A stretch of 63,561 bases of DNA, filler included, from Choristocarpus tenellus KU-1152 (Eukaryota; Protista; Phaeophyceae): NCBI GenBank assembly GCA_964200185.2. It is 10 parts of 10 records of this genome, joined end to end, with 100 filler letters (N's around TTAATTAATTAA, not from the genome) between each part and the next. Parts side by side here need not be neighbours in the genome. Positions count along the whole stretch, not along the records: positions 1 to 10,380 come from CAXNAD020002962.1; positions 10,481 to 16,175 come from CAXNAD020009984.1; 8 more parts are not named here. One strand, written 5' to 3'. The stretch's first letter is position 1. Every line of letters starts with the position of its first letter. Made by a program: the position numbers and the translations under genes. Positions 1-10,739 of this stretch are shown here, piece after piece. The notes beneath the pieces are model-generated. The model had not been told where the DNA came from and made no database searches. It was given only the letters and a program-made list of their open reading frames with translations.

Positions 1-125
1 GGGGGGGGGGGGGGGGGGGTGTCGGCGTCTGTTTTTGACCCTTTTTTCGATTTTCACTTTTTGGTGTGATTTGGTTGCACGTGTCCAATCTGAAATGAGG
101 GCAAAAAAAAGAAGACTATTGGTTA
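1..125. mobile_element. Partial G-run MITE (family B/C), truncated at contig start
   Basis: Poly-G then TGATTTGGTTGCACGTGTCCAATCTGAAATG. This matches the reverse complement of 57700-57758 and the TGATTTGGTTGTACGCGTCGGAT core of 13556-13736. Confidence 0.6.
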
Positions 126-333
126 GGTTCCCTTCTGTCCTTGCGTACGCACGAGGAATGGGAATATATGCCACCATTTATTTGGGCTTGTTTTGGAGTT
201 TCGACGTTTGCATGTGTCGGATTTCGAATGTGTTCAAACAGGCTTATTGGTCGGTGTATGTTGGTCGTACAGTTAGGATGAAGAATGAGAGATATGTCAC
301 TGGTTGTTTCAGGGTTAGTTATTGGTTTGTTTG

Positions 334-589
334 GAGTGAAAATATCTTAAAGGGTACGAGTTTTGCCCTGTTTGTCCGTTTGGAGCTTGGCTTCCCACAA
401 GTATTTTAAGATATTTTACCTACTCCGAAATATTTCAGTGTAGGTAAAATATATTTCATGAAAAGGTGTGTCCGGAACTAGGATATTGACACTTCTTAAC
501 AAAACGATAGCCAAAATTACATCAAAATTGTAACATCGGATTTTGATCCCCAAACGGACAAGGCTCTACCCTCTAAGATACCTTGACTC
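334..589 (+). mobile_element. MITE family A copy
   Basis: GAGTGAAAATATCTTAAAGGGTA...TACCCTCTAAGATACCTTGACTC terminal inverted repeats; flanked by TTTG/TTTG. Confidence 0.9.
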
Positions 590-1020
590 TTTGGTTGCAT
601 TAGTGGGATTTGGTTAGCACATAAGGAGGGCTGTCGGTTTGGGTGTGTTGTCTCTGTGTTAGCACGAGGAATTGAAAAAATGCCATGGACTGTTTCGAGG
701 TTAGTGATTTCGTTTATTTTCTTGCGTGAGTCGTGTCTGGTATGTACACAAAGAGAGGACTGTCAGTTAGGGCCTGTTGTCCCAGTGGGTGCATAAGGAA
801 CTAAAAAATATTCCAGTTACTGTTTTAAATTTAGTATTTCATTTAGTTGCTTGCATGTGTCGGATTTAGTATGTACAAAGACGGGGTTGTCGATCAGGGT
901 GTTAGGGTTAGAGTTGTTGGCATGAAGGAAGGGAAAAGGGTCAGGTTTTGCTTCCGGGTTAGTGTAGTGTTTCTTTGATATCATGTGTCGACGGATTCTG
1001 GATGTGTTCACAAAGGGTTA

Positions 1021-1278
1021 GAGTGAAACTCTCTTGAAGGGTACGAGTTTTGCCCTGTTTGACAATTTGGGGCTTGGCTTCCCATGGTTTTTTCATGACA
1101 TTTTCCTTCTCCAAAATGTGTCGGAGTAGGTAAAATGTGTACGTTATGAAAAGGTGTGTCCGGAACAAGGATATTGACCCTTTCTGACAAATACGATAGC
1201 CAAAATTACATCAAAATCACAACATTGGATTTTGGTCCCCAAATGGACGCGTTGCTACCCTCTAAGATTCTTCGACTC
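1021..1278 (+). mobile_element. MITE family A copy
   Basis: Colinear with the other copies; flanked by TTA/TTA. Confidence 0.9.
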
Positions 1279-1342
1279 TTATTGGTCAAGGTCTATTGTC
1301 GTACGTTTCGCTAGAAGTATCTTAATATATACTTCCCTTGAT

Positions 1343-1600
1343 GATTGAAAGTATCTTAGAGGGTACGAGCTTTGCCCAGTTTGTTCATTTGGGACTTGAC
1401 TTCCCACGGTATTTTTATGACATTTTCCAACTCCGAAACATTTCGGAGTAGGTAAAATGTGTATGTTATGAAAAGGTGCGTCTGGAACAAGGGTATTGAC
1501 ACTTCCTAACAAACACGATAGCCAAAACTACATCAAAATCGCAACATTGGATTCTGTCCCCCAAACGGACGTGGCTATACCCTCTTAGTTATTTTGACTC
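1343..1600 (+). mobile_element. MITE family A copy
   Basis: Colinear with the other copies; no clear TSD. Confidence 0.9.
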
Positions 1601-2134
1601 TCTTGGTCTGGCTTACTTGTCGCAGTTTAGAGTTCTATCACACTGACCGATGACTTGGTGGGTTGCCTTGTTTTTATATGGACACACGATCACAGGGAAA
1701 GTTCTGCGTGTGTGACAGAGTGCTATACCCAACAATTACATGCACTCAGCAGACAAACCTAGTTGCGACAAAGTGAGGCGATGAACCTTTTGAGAACTCC
1801 TGTCTCAGTTGCAACAACTATAATGAAAGGATTACAACTGACATTATATGAACAGGATGGCGTAATGAAGGGTGCAATGGTGTGAGCAGATTCGGGTTAG
1901 GGTTAGTGGGTTGAATAAATCCTGATGAGCTAGGGTTGGTATGGCATAAGTAGGGTTGATGATGGCACTGGTATGTAATTCAGGTAAGACGCTTGTCTAT
2001 TTTAGGTTGCCACAGGATGCAGATGGGCTCAGTTTAAGTGTTAGGGTAAGGTTATGGTTAGAGTCAGTGTGTGAGGGTTGTGATCCAGGCCATTCGTCAA
2101 GTTCATGGCACGTGTTTGGGGTAGGCTCAGGGTT

Positions 2135-2392
2135 GAGTGAAAGTATCATAGAGGGTACGAGTTTTGCCCTCTTTGTCCATTTGGGGCTTGGCTTCCCGTG
2201 TTTTTTTCTTGACGTTTTCCTACTCCAAAATGTTTAGGAATAGGTAAATGTATACGCTATGAAAAGGTGTGTCCAAAACATGGATATTGACACGTCCTAA
2301 CAAACACGATAGCCGAAATTACATCAAAATCGCAACATTGGGTTTTTACCCCCCAAATGGACACGGCCCTACCCTCTAAGATACTTTGGCTC
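2135..2392 (+). mobile_element. MITE family A copy
   Basis: GAGTGAAAGTATC...GATACTTTGGCTC; TSD GGTT/GGTT. Confidence 0.92.
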
Positions 2393-2928
2393 GGTTGGTG
2401 TTGTGCTTAGGAGCATCGGGTGTGAAATTCAGGATATATTCCTCCAAGATTTGAAGGAGGACGAGATCGGTCCTCATTTGTCGACACTTGGACAAAGAAT
2501 GAGATGGTGCATAGAGTATAGAGAAGTAGGGGGCAGCTAGGTAGTAGGGTTCAGGAAATAATTTGTGGCCGGTAGGAAGACATCATATCCATCTCAGACC
2601 TTGGCCAATTGATTGGAAACTTAGTGGAAAAGATAGAGAAGAGTTGTATATAAAATGCTTTATATTTTAGTAGTCTGAATCTTGGATTGGACACGCTCTG
2701 TTAAACAAATAAGAACACAGGTCTAATCCTCGAGATGAGTATCATATATGATACACTGACACCTCTGACTGGTAGCAATGTATCCGATAACATTGTGTAA
2801 ATGCATAACCCATCGAATGGAAACTCCATGAACATGGTAGTAGGACACCAAGGCAAGGTACACTGATGCACAAATCAGACACAAGCAACTCGACCCGTAC
2901 TTCAACAAAAACTGAAACGACTGAAGCC

Positions 2929-3575
2929 CTATTTCAATTCGTGGGTGGAGTCGAAATGGCATTCCTCACTCTTCTCCCACCAATCTACATGCTTCAGGTA
3001 TGCCTCGGTTAGAAGGTGCCAGAGATTTAGGTGCGTGGAGTACCTGTCGTTCCACGGTTCGGGCTTCATGAGGCTCATGAAAATGGCCTTCCTTTCATGG
3101 AGTGCTTCCACATGCTCGGGACGCAACGTGCTGCTGGGCTTCCCTCCATGACTGCTGAGTTTTAGCTGTGTGGGCTCATGGACGTAGCAGTCATCCCGAA
3201 TACAAGAATTTTGCTCGCTTTGCCGCCCTTGATGAGCCTGAACCCATGGTCATATATGACCTAGGTAAGGATTTGGGTTTCAACTCGGTACTGCGACGAA
3301 GCGGGTTTTGTTGCCGATTGTAGGAGCTTGGTGACGTATGCCTCCATGAAGGTTTCGGTGATCCCCACGATGGATGCATCACCGGAGTCCTGTGTGATGA
3401 CGTCGTCATCACCTTGCGCGGACGTTTCGTCGTCATCTTCATGCCTCATAGTAGATGGCGCTGCATTTTCTGCCTCTCCGCCCTTTCTGGCAAACGCGAA
3501 GATGTCCACAAAAAAGCTAGTCGGTCTATCCATCCTCAGAGGGGAGACCCCCCAAGGCCATCGCTGGTGTGACAT
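2929..3575 (-). pseudogene. Decayed coding-like segment, product unknown
   Basis: Protein-like ORF pieces (3261-3575, 2929-3126) separated by stops or frameshifts; no family recognised. Confidence 0.3.
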
Positions 3576-3875
3576 TGTGGAAGTGGCTGCGCATGTCTTC
3601 TCAGAGCAGGCAGCCCAAAAACTACCTACTGATGCGCTCTCATTGTTGTATGTTGTCGGGATGGAGACATTTCCAGACGAATGGGCAAGTCAAGCTTTGT
3701 CTGTGACGATTCACCCAACGTATACATATATATGCATATACCCCCTGCTGACCCTGCAACAGCTGCAAAATTTACCGTCAAGTTCGTGCCTCATGAGACA
3801 CACCCATGTCATACATGTGATTTACCATTCCACTATCCATGTGCTCCTCCATGACAGTTCTCGACCACTCTAAGG

Positions 3876-5815
3876 GGTGTCCGGAACAAACGACCCCTGG
3901 ACGACCCCGACCATGGAAAGAAGAAGAGGACGCGAGGAAAAGGGAAGAAGAGCAGACCAGGGGATGGCGATCCAGACCCTGTGTCTGCCCAGGCCGAGGA
4001 AGAATGGGCATCACAACCGTGGAAAATCAAAAGGGCATACTTGACGAGAATGCACACCAAGGATGTCCTCATCAAAAGGGCTGTCCTGGAGGTCGCTATG
4101 CAGATCACGAACGACCTCAAGAGGAAAGACGGGCTTGGGATCGACCCCTACGCCAACGACTCCTCAGTCGGGTCTTCAGAAGAGCCTGCTCCAAAGAAAC
4201 GATACATCCTGAGCGAAGAGGTACTCAAGGAAGTGCCAGGTTCATCCTCTCATCTGTCCACCGTATTTGAGTTCGTAACAAGTCACCTCACAATAAACGC
4301 CCTGATCGCGCACATTCACTTTACTCCATAAATTCCGCGGGTGAAAAGGGACCTCGTGTTGCGGGAGGATGTGGAGGAGGGTACAGTCTACCTGGACATC
4401 GTCAAATACTCAGGGGGCGTTACCTTGAACACCAGTGGCGAGCATGCAGACAAACAATTACATCATTGTACAACATCGCCATATGTGAACATTACACATC
4501 GTTCTCCCAAAACCAAACACACCGCCTTGGCTCTCACAGATCTTACCGACGTTAGACAGTTTCACACTGTACACTGACGCAGGGTTCTCTCGAGCTTTAT
4601 ATGTTCCGAAGATGCTCATCGAACAGATTTATTCATACTTTTGCTGTGTTGTGTCGATTGATACAACCCAGCGCAGACCGGGAAATTATGTCGCAGTTCA
4701 TGTACTATAGCCCTATACGCATCCTCTTAACCCTATGTTACAAGCCCTACTTGTCTTCCTGCTCAAAGAATCCGCCCAAGTATGATGAACTGCATGTACC
4801 CCTTTCCTTCCATCTTTTCCTCAGCCTTTTCCTCCTCCTCTGTATCCTCCTTCGCTTACTCCTTTTCACCAACCTCTGCCGAGTGAAAGTTTCTTAGAGG
4901 GTACGAGTTTTGCCCTGTTTGTCCATTTGGGGCTTGGCTTCTCATGGGTTCTTTCATGGCATTTTCCTACTCCAAAATGTTTTGGAGTAGGTAAGATATG
5001 TACGTTATGAAAAGGTGTGTCCAGAACATGGATATTGACGCTTCCTAACAAACACATGGCCAAAATTACATCAATATCGCAATATTGGATTTTGGCCGCC
5101 AAATGGATGCGGCTCAACCCTCTAAGATAATTTGGCTCTGCCTCTTCCTTTGCCTCCTAACCCTAACCCCCCTTCCCGTTGTTTTGCCTCCTACTTAGCC
5201 TCGTCCTTTTCCTACTCGTCCACCTCTACAGAGATAACATGAGTCACAAACATTGTGATCACGCCAGAAAAAAACGCTACGTCCGAGCACGACCTTGACA
5301 ATTTCAAGTCCGAAACAAGCGCTGCCCACGAGAGAGCAGTCGCCCTTCTTCAGACCCGACCAGGAGGCAGAGTAATCACATGCACCGCCTTCAGGGACAA
5401 CCATGATCCGGATCGTATCCAACTCCTCATCGACGAACTCTCCACCTTCCGCTATTTTGCTCTGGCGAAGACACCGATACCTGGTGGCATATTCACGCCT
5501 ATACCTTGTGGAGGATCTGACCCACTAGGTGATGAAGAGGAACAGGAGATACCATTGCCTAACCCTACAGTAGGTGCGGGAAGCGGGACAATCAATTGGG
5601 GAAGGCATCCAACCACACCCTCGGAACACGACTCCGAAAGCAAATTGGACCGGCCTGATTGTAGCGCTTTGTCATGTCCAGAGGAAGATGTCCAGGAGGA
5701 CGTGGGGGGGCGGCTTGGCACGGACTCAGAGTCCATGCCTGTCAGGAGTGACCCCGGAATGTCCCCAAACGTCCATGGAGTGGGGCAGCAGCTGCGACGA
5801 GTCCATCAATCATGA
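3876..5815 (+). CDS. Putative exons of an unknown protein (basic NLS-like stretch, acidic/Pro-rich tail), interrupted by a MITE
   Basis: Open frame ~3876-4240 (HGKKKRTRGKGKK...EEPAPKKRYILSEEVLKE) and a 186-aa ORF at 5255-5815 preceded by a pyrimidine tract and CAG. Confidence 0.3.
4881..5138 (+). mobile_element. MITE family A copy
   Basis: Full TIRs; TSD TGCC/TGCC. Confidence 0.92.
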
Positions 5816-5838
5816 ACCAACGGGTAGAGGGAACAGGA

Positions 5839-6086
5839 GAACCAAAGTATCTTAGAGGGTAGACCCGCATCCATTTGGGGGTCAAAATCCAATGTTACGA
5901 TTGATTTTGACGTAATTTTGGCCGTCGTGTTTGTTAGGAAAATGTCAATATCCATGTTCTGAACACACCTTTTCATAACGTACACATTTTAGCTACTCCG
6001 AAAAATGTCCTAAAAAACCCCATGGGAAGCCAAGTCCCAAATGGACAAACAGGGCAAAAATCGTACCCCCTAAGATACTTTCACTC
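5839..6086 (-). mobile_element. MITE family A copy (reverse orientation)
   Basis: GAACCAAAGTATCTTAGAGGGTAG...TAAGATACTTTCACTC; flanks AGGA/TGGA. Confidence 0.9.
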
Positions 6087-6698
6087 TGGAATGATGTAAC
6101 TGTGGAGCGAAGGGTTGATTTAACATCATCAGGTTCCTCACATGGGGACAACAAGCCTTCCGCAAAAGGTAAAGGGAAGGTCAAAACGACTGTCATTAGG
6201 AAGAAGAGTTTGGGAGAAGGTGCTGGATGGATCAGACTGTTCAAACAGCCTCGTGGAATGACGGACGCGATTTAGAACCTCCAGCGAGGATATTCAGTGC
6301 ACATTCTTGCAAAGTGCTGCTCCTTGATTTCATCTGTGAGCTACATATATAGAGGTGGGAGATCGTGTTCCGTTTGGAACCTGGGAAAGAATGTGCTTTG
6401 AGGATGTGAAGGATTTAGGGTTAACAGTGTGTATCAATTTACGATGATAGCAAGGGTGTTGCTGTATAAACAGTGATAGAAGCGTGTGATCAATGATGGC
6501 GGGATCTGTAGGGAATGCGAGGTTTGTATCTATGCTTGGGCTAGGCAAACGTGAGATGATAAAGGCGAAGCGCTGTTGTCGTCATGAGGATGGCGTAGCG
6601 TTTTCAATGAAGATTGCTATTTGCGAACATGCGTCGAATGGTAAACCCCGCTGACATGGAAGGAATATTGAATGTGAGAACGCACCGATACTGTACGC

Positions 6699-7158
6699 AG
6701 ATGAAAAGGGTTTACGCGCCGACCCAGGTTAGATGTCGAGAGGGCAACCATGCACAGGTTTGTGTTTGACACAGGGCAGACAGTAATGGAGAAATTTGAT
6801 GTGTTATGTCGGATGGTAAGGGCCATCAATTTCCAAAGCATGGCAAAACGGTTGGGGGTGGTGTGTGCCGATTTGGAACAAGAACCCTAAGCAGGAAAAC
6901 ATTAAGTTGAACCACGAAAGTGAAAGATGAAGATGAAAAGGATTTACGCGCCGCGTCGGAGTTAGATGTCGGGAGGGCAACCATGCACAGGTTTGTGTTT
7001 GACATAGGGCAGACAGTAATGAACAAATTTGATGTGTTATGTCGAACGGTAAAGCCCATCAATTTCCAAAGCATGGCAAGCGGTTGGGGGTGGTGTGTAC
7101 AGATTTAGAACAAGAATCCTAAGTAGGAAAACAATAAGTTGGATCGAGAAAGTGAAAG
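6699..7158. repeat. Tandem duplication, 2 x ~233 bp
   Basis: AGATGAAAAGG...GGGCAACCATGCACAGGTTTGTGTTTGAC...AAAGTGAAAG occurs twice; the paralogous ORFs start 233 nt apart (6841 and 7074). Confidence 0.9.
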
Positions 7159-7975
7159 CATGAGTGCACCAATTTGAAACGAATATGGCAATTTTGGAAT
7201 GTACTTCGAAGCAGATATTTGTATGTTCTGCCGGTTGGCAGAAGCCATCAAATTCTAAAGCAAGGTTACCACGGTTTTTTTACTAATCTACTCGCGCGTG
7301 TTGATACCAACGCGCGAGTTAAATCGAGATTCGTTGTGACGCGATACAAACCTTATCGGAAAGGTTCCAATCGTATCGGAGCCCTAACATGTGTGTATCG
7401 ATGGGTGTCACCATGTAACATTCGACAGACGGATGTTGTGGTGCATGGAATTGGATCGTGGAATCTTGGGTCTATTTCGAATTAGTTGTCTGACTACTCT
7501 CAACATATGTCACTGCAACCCATGTTCCAATTTCGGTTAAGTTCGGTTGCATTCGTTGTAATTAATTCTGACGAGATAGTCGCTGCTTTGCCAGTACATC
7601 AACATGTTAAATGTAAGGTGGAATCTGTCTAATCGCGGATTGGGTTGAATATTTGAGATGTAGATGGGTGTTGCCTTCAGGGCTTACATTGTCAGCAACT
7701 GGGGTGAATGGGGTGATTACAGTATGATAGAGGCTCTGAATGGTGGACTGCTGACAGGGTATGGTGTGCGCGGCACTCTGACATGGGAGTAAAGAGATTA
7801 CACGCTGCTTAGATATCGCCATGAATGCATACGGTATTTTGACGCCTGGTCGATGTTGGGTTAGGTCCAACGCCAAATGCGATCGGGGTCTGCAAAGCTG
7901 GCACTGCTGGTGGCAGAAGATGGTTTATGAATGGTCTCGATCAAATGAATTATAGATGCTGGAGTAGTGATTTTG

Positions 7976-8786
7976 GTGATAGAACTGCTGACAGCTGGTG
8001 CGTACATGGTTCTAATGGCCATATATATATACAGGGGTATCGGATTTCAAGATGTTGGTGATACCACTATCAACAGCTGGTGTGTACACGGTTGTAATGG
8101 TGAGAAGTACAGGGCATCGAATCTGAAATTATTGGTGACAGCACTGCTGACAGCTGGTGTGTACACGGTTTTAATGGTGATAAATACAGGGCATCGGATT
8201 TGAAATTGTTGGTGATACCACTACTAACAGCTGGTGTGTACACGATTGTAATGATGATAAATACAGGGGCATCGAATTCGAAAATGTTGGTGACACCACT
8301 ACTGACAGCTGATGTGTGTACACGGTTGTAATGGTGAGAAGTACAGGGCATCGGATTTGAAAAATGTTTGTGATACAACCACTACTGACAGCTGATGTGT
8401 GTACACGGTTGTAATGGTGAGAAATACAGGGCATCGGATTTGAAAAATGTTTGTGATACCACCACTATCAACAGCTGGTGTGTACACGGTTTTAATGGTG
8501 ATAAATTCAGAGAATCGGATTTGAAATTGTGGTGATAGCACTGCTGACAGCTGGTGTGTACACGGTTTTAATGGTAATAAATACAGGGCATCGAATTCCA
8601 AAATGTTGGTGACACCACTGCTGACAACTGATGCGTACACGGTTGTAATAGTGAGAAATACAGGGAATCGAATTTGAAAATGTTTGTGATAGCACTGCTG
8701 ACAGCTGGTGTGTACACAGTTCTAATAGTAACAAATACAGGGCATCGAATTTGAAAACGTTGGTGACACCACTACTGACAGCTGCT
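7976..8786. repeat. Tandem repeat array, ~77-83 bp unit, ~10.5 copies
   Basis: The unit GTGATACCACTACTGACAGCTGGTGTGTACACGGTTGTAATGGTGAGAAATACAGGGCATCGGATTTGAAAATGTTG recurs; the CAGCTG-like core appears 11 times between ~7992 and ~8779. Confidence 0.95.
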
Positions 8787-10380
8787 TCATACAAGCTCCG
8801 AATGTAAATGAACACAAAAGCATATGTAGAGACGTGTGGTTGTGTTCACGACCGAGAAAAGCGCAATGAGGGATGGATACGTTGGTAAATCTTCAATACC
8901 GCGCACACCTCGCCAATCTTGCCCTAACGTGCTATATAACGCGATGGGGTATCAATTACTACCACTTTGCACAATATTGTGCGGGAGGGAATGTAATTAG
9001 GAGCGTGTCTGTGTCATGTCTATGTTTGTATGGGCGATCTTGTGTGAATCGATGTAGCGTGGTGGACAGCAACGCCGTCTACGCCTAACCCGAATTTGGG
9101 CTATACATTAGGAAAGCAATACGATATAATTCCTAATGCGAAGGGCATGTTCATGCTTTCACCAAAGTCGAGTACAAGAGATGTTGGAACTCTTTATCAA
9201 GAGGAACGCATACATAGAAATTGGCGGTATACGTTACACATTGTGAACGGCCGGTTGTGAAGGAAGGCTCGACCTGAGATGGGCATGTTGGGTACAGCAC
9301 GCTATGCGACAATGGTTGGATTAGGGACCGTGACTACGGATCATATAACCGCTTGGGTACACAACGATGTAAACCACATGCTAATACATGCTATGTGAAC
9401 TGACGAAAATCGCAACATCCGTCAAAGGCGCTAAATCATGATGGTGTTTGCGATATTGGTCATTCAGAAACGCTCCCAAATGAGCTGCACAAAGGGTGCA
9501 CGTTTCTGGTAGAGGGACTCACCTTCTGGTTCCCTTTGGAGGCATGGCGGCGTTCGGTGCTTGGACTAAGCCTCTCCTTTGATCACGTGATGTCTGTATC
9601 AGGTGGGCACGTTGCAAATGGGACAGGGGAAACCAACAGAAGGAGAAAGAGAAATTGTTTTGTGGAATGAGTCAGGTCCAGAGAGGATGGCATGTCGCGT
9701 CCGGGTTACATCATCCTTGAGTTGTACGCACCTGATCACCTTGCACGAAGAAGTCCTGTCGTCTTTGTCCTTCTGACACGCCCGGCGTTTAGCGTTACGT
9801 ACAGCGTACAGGGATAGCAGCAGACGAGCTCAATCCTCATAGAAAGGATACGCATCTAGTCTCCCTTGACCAAGAAAGTATGGTATTTTCTTCAACCTAT
9901 ATATTTTTTCGGTTCTATATAACAATTTTTCACAATAATCAATAAAAGAACAACCGACCTTACTGAATGTTGAACCCCTAGAAGATATTGTACATACTGG
10001 GGCTCTAAACAGGCTAGTTCGAGTGGTATATCTTCTCGGGAATCAAATAGGAAATATTAAATGGGGAGTTCTGCCCTCTTCACGTCTGTGACAAAGTTAA
10101 ACTAGAACAACTAGAGTTACAGTTGCATACAGTGGGTTACCCTATTTTGGTCCAAATATTATGAATCAAATCAATAAAAATATTTTTTGTACGGCTTTTT
10201 TCGACATGCTCAAAAATAGATTTTTGTACCGGAATTCTCGTATGCGAAAAAAATTTCTCGCGAAAAGTGCCCTTCTTCCTGGGTCATGCTACCATACAGC
10301 AGTACAATACGTTGCTGGTAGGGGTATAAAGTGGAAGCCATGCCTTGTGCAGCGGGAAACCTCTGCAAGATGCCTTCAAA

Positions 10381-10480
10381 NNNNNNNNNNNNNNNNNNNN
10401 NNNNNNNNNNNNNNNNNNNNNNNNTTAATTAATTAANNNNNNNNNNNNNNNNNNNNNNNNNNNNNNNNNNNNNNNNNNNN
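10381..10480. other. Artificial contig spacer (same at 16176-16275, 26121-26220, 34700-34799, 42358-42457, 46743-46842, 50429-50528, 57759-57858, 60850-60949)
   Basis: Identical N44-TTAATTAATTAA-N44 blocks giving stops in all six frames. Confidence 0.99.
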
Positions 10481-10739
10481 AAAAAACCTCAGGGTACTTT
10501 TTTAAGACCGTTTTCGCAAAAAACCCATCCTCATTGAGATTCCCCTGTTAAGGACTGAACAACCGTGCCTACCAAGTGTATGGCCTCATAATGACTAAAT
10601 AGTACTTCGAAGAGTATAATTACAATCAAGAAATCAATTCAGACCACACTAGGAACAAATAAAATGTACTGTTAACTACAACATGCAGTTTTACCTCGAA
10701 ACCAACAAATGTATGATGACAAAACAAGCACCTCAGACT

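Noticed and set aside
334-589. MITE-A as an introner, SINE or CACTA element
   Set aside because: No consistent splice-site ends within exons, no pol III boxes or A-tail, and CACT appears only at the 3' end of the reverse strand, not as a 5' terminus.
959-1512. Family of similar small ORFs (e.g. PDTPFHNVHILPTP) recurring through the window
   Set aside because: Chance translations of MITE-A copies; frames are not conserved between copies.
7976-8786. CRISPR-like array
   Set aside because: The whole unit is repeated with no unique spacers, there are no cas genes, and the context is eukaryotic.
10381-10480. Recurrent TTAATTAATTAA motif and ORFs running into it
   Set aside because: Artificial spacer; adjacency across spacers has no biological meaning.
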